From Alphaproteobacteria bacterium (GTDB lineage Bacteria > Pseudomonadota > Alphaproteobacteria > UBA828): 64,000 nt of DNA. The position numbers and the translations under genes were made by a program. Positions 18,840-27,973 of the stretch are shown piece after piece (positions within the stretch are counted from its first letter, which is position 1; the number at the start of each line of letters is the position of its first letter). The notes below the pieces were generated by a model. That model did not search any database and was not told the DNA's origin. It saw only the letters and a list, made by a program, of their open reading frames with translations. The stretch covers positions 1,833,668-1,897,667 of the forward strand of contig CBDEUP010000007.1 in assembly GCA_965243315.1 (NCBI GenBank). The letters run 5' to 3'.

Positions 18840-20670
18840 CGTCGAACGCGCGGACGTGGCGGGTTCTCCGGCGGCGCAGACACGGCTACGGCGGCAGGCG
18901 GACCGGGCGCTGCGCACCTTCCTCGACCGGCTGCGGCAGTTCACCGTGCTCGACCCGGCCTGCGGGTCGGGGAACTTCCTGTATCTTGCGCTGCACGCGC
19001 TCAAGGACATCGAGCACCGGGTCCAGCTCGAAGCGGAGACGCTCGGCCTTGCGCGCGGGTTCCCGGCGGTCGGCCCGGCGAACGTGAAGGGAATCGAGAT
19101 CAACGCCTACGCCGCCGAGCTTGCCCGCGTGTCGGTGTGGATCGGCGAAATCCAGTGGATGCGGCGCAACGGGTTCAGCAATTCGACCAATCCGATTCTC
19201 GATCCGCTCGACACCATCGAATGCCGCGATGCGGTCCTTTCGCCCGACGGAGGACAACCGGACTGGCCCGACGCCGACGCCGTGATCGGCAACCCGCCGT
19301 TTCTGGGCGACCGGGTGATGCGGGACGGACTCGGCCACGACTATACAGAGCGCCTGCGCCGCGCCTATCGCGGTTCCGTCCCGGCGTCCGCAGATCTTGT
19401 TTGCTACTGGTTCCACAAGGCAGGCCAGCTAATCGCCGGAGAGAAGATCGCCCGCGTCGGTCTGGTCTCCACCAACTCGATCCGCGGCGGAAATAACCGG
19501 GCGGTACTCGACCGGATCGTCGAGGACAGCGCCATTTTTGACGCTTGGTCCGACGAACCCTGGGTTATCGACGGTGCGGCGGTGCGGGTCTCGCTGGTCT
19601 GCTTCGCGCCGAAGGGCGCCGACCTGCCCGTTACGCTGGACGGTGCCGCGGCGGCGCGCATCAACCCAGACCTGACAGGCGGGGGCCTCGACCTCACGCA
19701 AGCGGCGGGACTGCCCGCAAACCGTGCTGTTGCCTTCCTTGGCGTCAATAAGAATGGCGCTTTCGACATTCCGGGGGATGTTGCGCGGGAATGGCTGGGC
19801 CTGCCCGCCAACCCGAACGGGCGTCCGAACGCCGATGTCTTGAAGCCTCGGATCGTCGGAATGGATGTGGTGCGCCGGTCATCCGACCAATGGATTATCG
19901 ACTTCGGCGTTTCCATGACCGAAGCCGAGGCTGCACTCTACGAAGCCCCGTTCGCTCATGTTGCGGAGCATGTGAAGCCGGTACGGGCGACCAACCGAAT
20001 CAAGGCGCTTAGGGAAGAATGGTGGCGACACTCGCGGCCCCGTCCGGCGATGTGGCGGGCCGTAAGCGGCATGAAACGCTTCATCGCGACGCCGACCCTT
20101 GCAAAGCATCGGCTGTTCGTCTGGCTCGATGCGGGCGTCTGTCCCGACCATCAGTTGATCGTCATCGCCCGCGACGACGACGTGACCTTCGGCATCTTGC
20201 ACAGCCGGTTTCACGAGGCATGGTCGCTGCGGTTGGGGACCTGGCTCGGCAAAGGGAACGATCCGCGCTACACGCCGACCACCACCTTCGAGACCTTCCC
20301 CTTCCCGGACGGCCTCTCGCCGGATATTCCCGCCGCAGACTATGCGGAAGACTCCCGCGCCGTCGCCATCGCCGAGGCCGCAAGGCGATTGGTCGAGTTG
20401 CGCGACCGCTGGCTCAACCCGCCCGAATGGGTGGAATGGATCGACGAACCCGTTCCCGGCTATCCGAAACGTACTGTCCCCCGCGACGAGGCGGCGGCAA
20501 AGGAACTCAAGGCCCGCACGCTGACAAACCTGTACAATGCCCGCCCGCAATGGCTGACCGACGCGCACTCGGCACTTGATGCCGTTGTCGCTGCGGCCTA
20601 CGGATGGGACAAGAGGATCAACGACAATGTGGCAATGAACAAATTGCTCACGCTAAATCTGACAAGATAG
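18840..20670 (+). CDS. MmeI-family type IIL RM enzyme, exon 2 (gamma-class N6-adenine methyltransferase and target-recognition domain)
   Basis: After the junction reads VERADVAGSPAAQTRLRRQADRALRTFLDRLRQFTVLDPACGSGNFL (SAM motif I) ... DAVIGNPPFLGD (motif IV NPPF). The spliced product would be about 945-953 aa, similar to MmeI (919 aa). Confidence 0.75.
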
Positions 20671-20705
20671 AACGCCGCCGCCAACCGTAAGTGTAGGAGC
20701 CAGTT

Positions 20706-21659
20706 ATGGCGCAAAGTAAGTCCAAGAGTTTCTTAGGCCGAGAAACTCGCGAGTATGTTGATTTCATTATTGGTGTCGATGATTCCGGGAAAACAATTAC
20801 GTATACCTCAAATCCGAGTGCGTTGGCGAATTTTTTTGGTGCAAACCCAAACGCTCCGAATTTCCTAACCCAAGTTCATTTCCGAAGGGATGTGCTGGAC
20901 AAGTATTATCAGAAACCGAGCACATACTCGGTGAAAAGCGGGATTCTGCATGGCGGTCATGAGTGGGGGTTGCCAATGGACAACAACCACGAGGACAAGG
21001 TTTGTGCGTGGTTGGGTGATCTTGGTCGCATTCCCTACGACGAGCAACTCCACTGGCGGGCACACAACATTCCGCCCAGCGGTACGTTAAGCGAGACTTT
21101 CTACGCCAATCAAATCTTGGCAACGCCAACAGATTCAAACCGCCCAGACCATCTGTTTATGAGAAGTTACGACAAATTGCAGAAGGTGTGGGGAGAGAAT
21201 CTAAGTTGGTCCGTTCTGGTTCCCTTGAGCTCTGACGATAGCCATCATCTGCAAACCCTGAGGATTCCGTCTACTGAGGAACAACGTGAGTTCGATGAGT
21301 TAGTGCTGAGTCTCACAAAGGTACTGATTGATTCAATCAACGAAAAGAAGTTGAAAGAAGTGATTCCAGAATTATGCAATGATAGCAGCACCTCTGGACT
21401 CAATGTTCTAGAACGCGCATTGCAGAGCATCGGAATCGAAAATTTTTCCATCCACATTCATTACCTGAGAAAGCTCCAGGCGCTAAGGTCAGCGGGTGTA
21501 GCGCACAGGAAAGGGAAACGATATGAAAAACTGTCTAGTGAGCTTGGCATAGGAAGCAAGAGTTTTCGCGTGGTGTTCGCGGAACTTCTAGAAGGTGGAA
21601 CAGACTACTTGGATTTTCTCACTTCTGTGGCGAATGATTGCCGCATGCACTCATCCTGA
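20706..21659 (+). CDS. hypothetical protein, conspicuously low-GC, 36 nt downstream of the RM gene
   Basis: 317 aa; no motif I can recognise; Lys/Asn/Ser-rich and locally ~45% GC against ~68% surroundings; same strand as the RM gene and probably co-transcribed. Confidence 0.5.
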   Translation: MAQSKSKSFLGRETREYVDFIIGVDDSGKTITYTSNPSALANFFGANPNAPNFLTQVHFRRDVLDKYYQKPSTYSVKSGILHGGHEWGLPMDNNHEDKVCAWLGDLGRIPYDEQLHWRAHNIPPSGTLSETFYANQILATPTDSNRPDHLFMRSYDKLQKVWGENLSWSVLVPLSSDDSHHLQTLRIPSTEEQREFDELVLSLTKVLIDSINEKKLKEVIPELCNDSSTSGLNVLERALQSIGIENFSIHIHYLRKLQALRSAGVAHRKGKRYEKLSSELGIGSKSFRVVFAELLEGGTDYLDFLTSVANDCRMHSS

Positions 21660-21699
21660 ATGCTAGAAAACTCGTGCCCCGTTCTTGGACCCGCTGATT

Positions 21700-22926
21700 T
21701 CAGAACCAGCGCCCGCATATACGGCGAGCGCGGGGACTGGAAGGCGACGGCGTGTCGTGGAGTTTCATCGCTTCTGCGATGATGCTCCCGACGTTCTCCG
21801 CTGTTTCGACCAGATGGCCGTCGGCAAGGTGCGCATAACCCGCAGTAGTCTCGTGCCTGCGATGGCCGAGCAGCTTGCCCACGAGCGGCAGGTTTTCGCC
21901 CGACATGACGGCGTGGCTCGCCGCCGTGTGCCGCAAATCGTGCAGCCGGACCTTGCCGAGCTTCGCGTCGTCGCAGACCGCTCGCCAGCAGTTGACAATC
22001 CGGTGTGCGTGTCTGCCCCCGGCGAGGTTCGGAAACAGGAACGCATCGGGGTCGCGTGGGCCGGGCAGTGCCGCGATGACCGCCCGCGCGGCTTCGCCGA
22101 GCGGCACGCTGCGCGGTCCAGTCTTGCTATCGCGCAAGGCGATGGCGTTCTCTCCGATGTGGCGCCAGCGGAGATTAAGCACTTCGCCCCGGCGGCAGCC
22201 GGTGAGCGCCAGCAGGCGGATGGCGGCGACAGCCTCGGGTCGTTTGTCCTCGCGGGCGTCGAGCGCCCGCCCGAGCCGGGCGAGTTCGTCGGTGTCGAGG
22301 AACCGGGCGATGTTGCGCCTCGGGTTCTTCCTGATGCCGAGACAGGGATTGGTGCCCGGCTCGCGGAAGCCGTATTCCTCGGCCCGGAACATCATGGAGC
22401 GCAGTATCTCGAAGGCGCGGTTGGCCGCGCCGGGCCGGTCCCGGCTCGCTTCGTCGAACCACGCGGCCACATCCTCCGGGCCGACGCGCTCCACCGGCAT
22501 CTTGCCGAAGGCAGGCAGGATGCGGGCCTTGAGATAGATGCGGATGGTCTTGCGTCCCGACGGCTTCCAGTAGGGATCGCAGCGCCGGAGATACTCATCG
22601 GCCAGCATGGCCACGGTCGGGGCCGTCTTCTCCTTGCGGATGTCGTCGGCGGGATTGTCGCCCGCCTGGATGCGCGCGAGGATATCGCGGGCGCGGCGGC
22701 GGGCATGCGCCAGGTCCATCTCCCCGTAACGGGCGATGACGATGCGCCGGGACTTCCCCTCGATGCGGGTCTGCACGATCCACGCCTTCGCACCGGACCG
22801 GTGGACGCGCAACCCGAAGCCGGGCAGCGCCCGGTCGAACAGGAACACGTCCCGGTCGTCGGGTTCGGTCTTGCGGGCCAGCTTGGCGGTGAGGTCAACC
22901 GTCGGCATGATCGCACCCTCCCTCAT
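21700..22926 (-). CDS. tyrosine-type integrase (DUF4102 N-terminal domain)
   Basis: 408 aa; DLTAKLARKTEPDDRDVFLFDRALPGFGLRVHRSGAKAWIVQTR; C-terminus RLHDLRHTAASHAVMSGENLPLVGKLLGHRRHETTAGYAHL. Confidence 0.9.
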   Translation of the reverse strand: MREGAIMPTVDLTAKLARKTEPDDRDVFLFDRALPGFGLRVHRSGAKAWIVQTRIEGKSRRIVIARYGEMDLAHARRRARDILARIQAGDNPADDIRKEKTAPTVAMLADEYLRRCDPYWKPSGRKTIRIYLKARILPAFGKMPVERVGPEDVAAWFDEASRDRPGAANRAFEILRSMMFRAEEYGFREPGTNPCLGIRKNPRRNIARFLDTDELARLGRALDAREDKRPEAVAAIRLLALTGCRRGEVLNLRWRHIGENAIALRDSKTGPRSVPLGEAARAVIAALPGPRDPDAFLFPNLAGGRHAHRIVNCWRAVCDDAKLGKVRLHDLRHTAASHAVMSGENLPLVGKLLGHRRHETTAGYAHLADGHLVETAENVGSIIAEAMKLHDTPSPSSPRARRICGRWF

Positions 22927-24085
22927 TCACCGCACCGCTACCGGCCAGAGCCGCCCCGATGCGCCCGGACACCCGGTCGGCGGCCTCGGCAACCGAGCGG
23001 TCGGACAGGTGGACGTATCGCTCGGTCGTCTCGACCAGCGCGTGACCCAACAGCTTCGCGATGCTCACCATGTCCACGCCGTTCATGGCGGCGACCGAGG
23101 CCCACGAATGTCTGAGGTCATGAAGCCGCAGGCCGGGCAAGCCCGCCTCGGCGCGGATGCGGTCCCACTGGAAGGCGATGTTGTCGACGGGCCGCGTCGG
23201 CGGGCGGGCGGGAAACAGATACGGGCAATCCGCGCTGTAGCGCGGGATGGCGTCGATCACCGCCCGCGCGGCGCCGGACAACCAGACCGTGCGCGGCCCG
23301 GATTTCGAATCGGGCAGGAAGATGCGCCGGTCCCTGATCCAGTCCCATTCGAGCGCGGCGATCTCGCCGAAGCGGCAGCCGGTCAGCATCAGCAGGCGGA
23401 CGATGGCCACGACATCGGGGCAGCGGAACTCGTCGCGGGTCAGCACGACGTTGAGCCGGACCATTTCCTCCGCCGTCAGGAACCGCTCCTTGGCCTGGGT
23501 CTTGTAGCGCCGCGTATTTTTGCAGGGATTGGAGTTGTGCCGGCGGTATCCCCAAAGCTCGGCCATGCGCATCATGACGGACAGGGTGGGCATGGCGCGG
23601 TTGGCGTTGCCGGGCTTGTCGGCCATGGATGCGAACCAGTCCCGGACGTTCTCGACAGTGATGGCGTCCACCGTCATATGCCCGAAGGCGGGCAAGATGT
23701 GGTTGCGGACGACGTAGGTGCTGGCCGTCAGGGTCTTGGGCTTCCAGTGCCGCGCGTAGCGTTCGAGAAACTCCTCGGCGAACGCGGCCATGGGGTGTCC
23801 CGGCGTCTTCGGGCCGCTGCCCTTTACCTCCGGTTCGATGTAGCTCTCGATCAGCCTGCGGGCCTCGCGCCGCGCCTCGGGGATCGTCATGGCGTCGGCG
23901 CTGCCGATGGTGGCGTATCGCCTGCGCCCGCGCACCATGCGGGCGAGGAAGAAGGTCCGGACTCCGGTGGGCTGGATGGAAAGCGCCAGTCCACTCACCA
24001 CGTCGTCGCGGACTTCGTACTTGGCAGTTCTTGGCTTTGCGGCGCGGACGCGCCGGGCGAAGGTGGATTTGGTCTGGTCGCTCAT
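22895..24085 (-). CDS. tyrosine-type integrase, tandem to and overlapping the previous one by 32 nt
   Basis: 396 aa; YEVRDDVVSGLALSIQPTGVRTFFLARMVRGRRRYATIG; C-terminus LRLHDLRHSWASVAAMNGVDMVSIAKLLGHALVETTERYVHL. Confidence 0.9.
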   Translation of the reverse strand: MSDQTKSTFARRVRAAKPRTAKYEVRDDVVSGLALSIQPTGVRTFFLARMVRGRRRYATIGSADAMTIPEARREARRLIESYIEPEVKGSGPKTPGHPMAAFAEEFLERYARHWKPKTLTASTYVVRNHILPAFGHMTVDAITVENVRDWFASMADKPGNANRAMPTLSVMMRMAELWGYRRHNSNPCKNTRRYKTQAKERFLTAEEMVRLNVVLTRDEFRCPDVVAIVRLLMLTGCRFGEIAALEWDWIRDRRIFLPDSKSGPRTVWLSGAARAVIDAIPRYSADCPYLFPARPPTRPVDNIAFQWDRIRAEAGLPGLRLHDLRHSWASVAAMNGVDMVSIAKLLGHALVETTERYVHLSDRSVAEAADRVSGRIGAALAGSGAVNEGGCDHADG

Positions 24086-24864
24086 GGTCGCGGCTCCCTG
24101 TTCGGGCCGCGCGGCTGGCCGGTAATGCAGGAAGCAGCCGCGGCGGCGTTTCGTCGGGGATGCCGCGAGGCGGTGCGGGACCGATGGAACCGTAAGGCCC
24201 TGCTATTGCAGGGTTTTCCGGCTACTCATGCGGTGGCGGGCGGAGGCAGGATTGGCACCGTCGGTGCGTCCGGTGTGGTTCCAAAGCCCGCCCCGGCGGG
24301 TCAGAGGCCATGAATCTGCTGAATTTTCCAAGGGGGAATGGACGCCGGAGAACCCGGCAGGGTGAAGCCGCCGCGGCGCTGAGCGGCGGGGCGTGCCGTC
24401 ACGAACCGGGACGGTCGCGCCCGGCGAGGTGACGGAGGCGCCGATGGTGGAACCCGCCCGATGCCGGTCGCACCTGCATCGGGTTCTGTGGAGGCCGGCA
24501 ACGGCGACGCGCGCGATGATCGCGATGACGACCGCGACCACGGTCACCAGCGCCGTGCATCGTGTCGTGCACGATGATCGGCGCATTAGCCGACGCGCTA
24601 TGCGAAGCATGGTGCGGAGGCGACCGACAGGACGGGCGATCGCGAGTCCCGTCGCGGTGTCCGCCGTGGCGATCAAGTCGGCGATCATGATCGCCGACAG
24701 CGCCGAGGGTGGGAGCGAGTAGCGCGAGCGGATCGGTGTGAGCGGCAGCGAACGCACTGGTGATCGGCGAATCCCCCGGATCGTGGTCCGGGGGCAGGCA
24801 TCGCCCGGCGAGCGCGGCGCGAAGCGCGCGCGAGGAAGACGGCGCCGCCGCAACGCCGTCGGTC

Positions 24865-24918
24865 GGAAACGAAACGGGCCGCGCCGCCGTCCCGCTGCGG
24901 GGATGACGGCGCGGCCCG
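24865..24918 (-). terminator. rho-independent terminator after the DUF2493 gene (11 bp GC stem GGGCCGCGCCG/CGGCGCGGCCC followed on the minus strand by GTTTCGTTTCC)
   Basis: Perfect inverted repeat 24876-24886 / 24908-24918, starting ~14 nt past the gene stop, with a T-rich tail in the transcribed orientation. Confidence 0.5.
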
Positions 24919-24931
24919 CTAGGTACTGCGG

Positions 24932-25858
24932 TCAGGCGCGGCAGACCGGGATGCCCATCTGCCGGGCGCGGTCCACGAGGTTCTCGGTGATGCCGCTGCC
25001 GGGGAACGCGATCACGCCCTTCGGCAGAAGGTTCAGCAGCTCCTCGTTGCGGCGGAACGGGGCGGCGCGTCCGTGGCGGTCCCAATCGGGCTTGCAGACG
25101 ACCTGGTGGACGCCGTTGCGTTCGGCCCAGCGCGCGGCGATCTTCTCGACGCCGGGACCGCCGCCGTGGACGAGCACCATGTCGGCGTGCTTGGCGCGGG
25201 TCCTGTCGAGCATGGCGATCACGGCGGCCGGGTCGGCGACGTCCTTGCCGCCGGCGATGGCGACGAGCGTTCCCTGCGGCAGATGCGCGGCGGTCTTGCG
25301 GTCCTGCCTCGCGCGGGCGAAATCGCGGGCGTCGATGCTGGCCGAGGTCAGCGTGCCGGTCTGCGATACATGCGATCCGCGCCTCGGACGCCAGACGTTG
25401 CCGGTCTCCGCGCGATACCGTTCGGCGGCCTGGTCGCGCATGGTCTCGAAGGCGTCGCGTCGGTCGGTGAGGCACTGCGCGCGATGGGTGGTCATCTCCA
25501 GTTCGAGGGACTTGATCTCGGTGCCGTCCTGGGCGCGCTGGAGGTCGCGCAGTTCGGGCATCAGCTTGTCGGCGGCGCGGTCGAGGCGGTTGGTCTGGCT
25601 GTCGAGCATGTTCACGAACCCCCAGAGCAGGCTCTCGCGCTCGTCGGCAAGCTGGGTTCCGTCCGGCGCGACGCCCTCGGCCAGGATGCGGAACGCTTCG
25701 CTCACCGCATCGATGGCGTCGTCGGCGTCCCAGATCTCGCGGGTATCGAACTCGTCGCGCTCGGGCGCCGCGCCGAACAGGGCGGCGTTGTCGCAGACGG
25801 TCGCGGTGACGGACTGCGCGCCCGCTTCGATGGTGTCGATGTTCTCGATGATGTTCAT
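24932..25858 (-). CDS. DUF2493 (SLOG/YspA-like Rossmann) domain protein with ~180 aa N-terminal extension; conserved ICE/plasmid leading-region gene
   Basis: C-terminal VLVHGGGPGVEKIAARWAERNGVHQVVCKPDWDRHGRAAPFRRNEELLNL...VIAFPGSGITENLVDRARQMGIPV matches the DUF2493 pattern (GGxxGxD..A..WA ... DW..G.aAp.RN ... aFpG.G T). Confidence 0.6.
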   Translation of the reverse strand: MNIIENIDTIEAGAQSVTATVCDNAALFGAAPERDEFDTREIWDADDAIDAVSEAFRILAEGVAPDGTQLADERESLLWGFVNMLDSQTNRLDRAADKLMPELRDLQRAQDGTEIKSLELEMTTHRAQCLTDRRDAFETMRDQAAERYRAETGNVWRPRRGSHVSQTGTLTSASIDARDFARARQDRKTAAHLPQGTLVAIAGGKDVADPAAVIAMLDRTRAKHADMVLVHGGGPGVEKIAARWAERNGVHQVVCKPDWDRHGRAAPFRRNEELLNLLPKGVIAFPGSGITENLVDRARQMGIPVCRA

Positions 25859-26089
25859 GTCGGTCTCCTATGCGATCGGTTGTTGCACGCTGGGGCCGAT
25901 CCCCGACGTGATTGTTCTTTGGGACATGTGCGCGCCGGAGCGGAGCGGAGGACCGGCGAAGCCGGTTGTCGCAGAGAGCACACATGGCACAATGAACGAT
26001 CACGTCTGGAGGCGAATATCTCTCCACCTGCACGGACCTCATGGGCGGTTCGGCTTGGCACGGCGGTCGAGGGGATGCACGATGTCGCG

Positions 26090-26424
26090 TCAGCCATCGG
26101 TCCGCTCCGCCAGTTGCCCGGAGGCCCAGGCGGCTGCGCGGGCGAGCACATGGCCGTGGCACGGTTCGGGATCGCACCAGCACGCCAGCCAGCATCCGTC
26201 GAGCGCGGCGAGCTCCTCCAGCGCGACTTCGCCCGCGCGGATGCGGCGCCACAGATCGGCGCGGTAGCAGGCGATGACTTCCTCGCGGGTCCCGTCGCGG
26301 CCCACGCGCCACGGGTTGCCCACCGGGTGCGGCGGTCGACCAGCACGGTGTTGTTGACGACGTGCGCATATTCGAACTCCTCCCGCAGCCTCGGCTCGCG
26401 CTTCAGGTTGATGACGGCCTCCAT
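26090..26424 (-). CDS. DUF4326 family protein with an apparent 1-nt frameshift near 26320 (possible pseudogene or sequencing error)
   Basis: Frame A (26424 down): MEAVINLKREPRLREEFEYAHVVNNTVLVDRRTRW; frame B (26323-26090): GNPWRVGRDGTREEVIACYRADLWRRIRAGEVALEELAALDGCWLACWCDPEPCHGHVL. Together they reconstruct a full-length DUF4326 (V.N ... GNP ... CWC.P.PCHG.VL). Confidence 0.45.
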
Positions 26425-26569
26425 GACTCCCTCCTCGTCCAGAACGGCTTGCCCTCCTCGCTGCTTTTCTCCCCTCTTGGCGCGGCGGCGGACTCCGGAC
26501 CCGCGGCAGAAAAAATGGCGGCCGCCGAAACAGCAGCCGCCAGAGTTGGGAGGGAGGGGAGAGACGGAT

Positions 26570-27037
26570 CTAGAACGGGATTTCCTGGCCCAGCCCGTCA
26601 TCGTCGCCGGCCGGCATCGCCTCGCCGTTCGCCGACGGCTGGGCGGTCCCCGACGCGGCCCGGGTGCCGTTGCCGTTCGCGCCGGCGGGCTTGTCCAGGA
26701 ATTGAATTTTGTGGCCGGGCACGACCAGGATCTCGGTGGAGAAGCGCTCCGAGTCCTCGCCGTCCTTCTTCCACCGGCGGGTCTTGAGCTTGCCCTCGGC
26801 GTGGATCAGGCGGCCCTTCTTCGCATGGCGCACCAGCATGTCGATCAGGCCGGGCTGGAAGGTCACGACCCGGTGCCATTCCGTGCGGTCCTGGCGCTGC
26901 CCGGAATTCTTGTCCAGGAAGCTCTCGTCGGTCGCGATGCTCAGATTGGCGACACGGCCGCCGCTGGCGAGGTTGTTGACGATGACGTCGGCGCCCAGGC
27001 GGCCGATCAGTTCGACGCGGTTCATTCCGAAGCTCAT
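26570..27037 (-). CDS. ssb: single-stranded DNA-binding protein
   Basis: 155 aa; OB-fold N-terminus MNRVELIGRLGADV...RTEWHRVVTF; Gly/Asn/Ala-rich linker; acidic tail GDDDGLGQEIPF. Confidence 0.9.
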   Translation of the reverse strand: MSFGMNRVELIGRLGADVIVNNLASGGRVANLSIATDESFLDKNSGQRQDRTEWHRVVTFQPGLIDMLVRHAKKGRLIHAEGKLKTRRWKKDGEDSERFSTEILVVPGHKIQFLDKPAGANGNGTRAASGTAQPSANGEAMPAGDDDGLGQEIPF

Positions 27038-27153
27038 GACGATGCTCCTTCAGTTCTCGATGTTGACGATGGTTTGCGAACGACGGGAAGCCGGGACGAT
27101 CGCTCCCCCCGGCCCCCCGCCGCTCATCCACTCCAAGCGCTCCTCCACCTCCA

Positions 27154-27396
27154 TCACGCCGGAGGGAGCGACGACGCCGGGTCCCAGGGCTCGTCGGGCG
27201 CGGCCTCGCCGAAGCCCACCACCGGCGGTTCCGGGAAGAGGCCGGCGAAACCGTGCTCGGGATAGACCGCCGGGCGTTCGGGACACCGCATCTGGCGCTC
27301 GTCCTCGATCGTCTCGCGGACGGCGGCCGGGTCGATGCCCAGCGCGGCCAGCAAGGTGTTGGCGGGCAGGTCGGTGGAATGGTCGGACAGGAACAT
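27154..27396 (-). CDS. small hypothetical protein
   Basis: 80 aa MFLSDHSTDLPANTLLAALGIDPAAVRETIEDERQMRCPERPAVYPEHGF...; strong SD AAGGAGG 8 nt upstream of the ATG. Confidence 0.45.
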   Translation of the reverse strand: MFLSDHSTDLPANTLLAALGIDPAAVRETIEDERQMRCPERPAVYPEHGFAGLFPEPPVVGFGEAAPDEPWDPASSLPPA

Positions 27397-27581
27397 GGCG
27401 AAAACCTCCTTCGCGTTGCCGCGCCCGGCATTGAGGCGACCGGACTCCCTCCAGCCGCCCTGCCGGACACGCCCCCGCGAAAGCTCCTCTCGACCTCCCG
27501 GCCGAACCCCGCGCGGACGCCGACGCGGTTCCGCCCCCGTCCGCGACGGACAGGCAGCGCCGCGACGGCATCGGGCGCGGA

Positions 27582-27848
27582 TCAGTGCAGGGTGGCGCCG
27601 TTCATGGCGCCGGCGCCGGCGCGCAGGCAGCGTTCGGCGAGTGCGGTCCAGGCGGCGCGGTCGAGACCGAGGGCGCGGTTGAGCCTGTCGGCGACGCGGA
27701 GGCCGTCTTCGGCGGTGAGGCAGACCAGCGCGGTTGGGACGGTGAAGCCGAGGCCCTCCACCAGAAGACGGATCCGCGGGGGCTCGCCGTCCGTGTCGGT
27801 GACGGGAGCAAAGCAATAGATCGGTTCGTCGGGGATGCAGGCGGTCAT
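27582..27848 (-). CDS. small hypothetical protein
   Basis: 88 aa MTACIPDEPIYCFAPVTDTDGEPPRIRLLVEGLGFTVPTALVCLTAEDGLRVADRLNRALGLDRAAWTALAERC...; non-biased composition, typical small ICE ORF. Confidence 0.35.
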   Translation of the reverse strand: MTACIPDEPIYCFAPVTDTDGEPPRIRLLVEGLGFTVPTALVCLTAEDGLRVADRLNRALGLDRAAWTALAERCLRAGAGAMNGATLH

Positions 27849-27973
27849 TGGCGGTTGCTCCTTTCGTGGGGCCGGCCGGAGCGGCGGGCGTCCGGCCGGC
27901 GATACGTATGGGGGGCAGCGGACGGCGGGCCGGCAGCGCAGCGGGGAATGGCCCCCGCCGCGCGGCCGCCGGC

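Noticed and set aside
24203-24853. 216-aa minus ORF / 109-aa + ORF between the second integrase and the DUF2493 gene
   Set aside because: Low-complexity composition and no RBS; interval left unassigned. It may still hold a small gene or sRNA that I cannot support.
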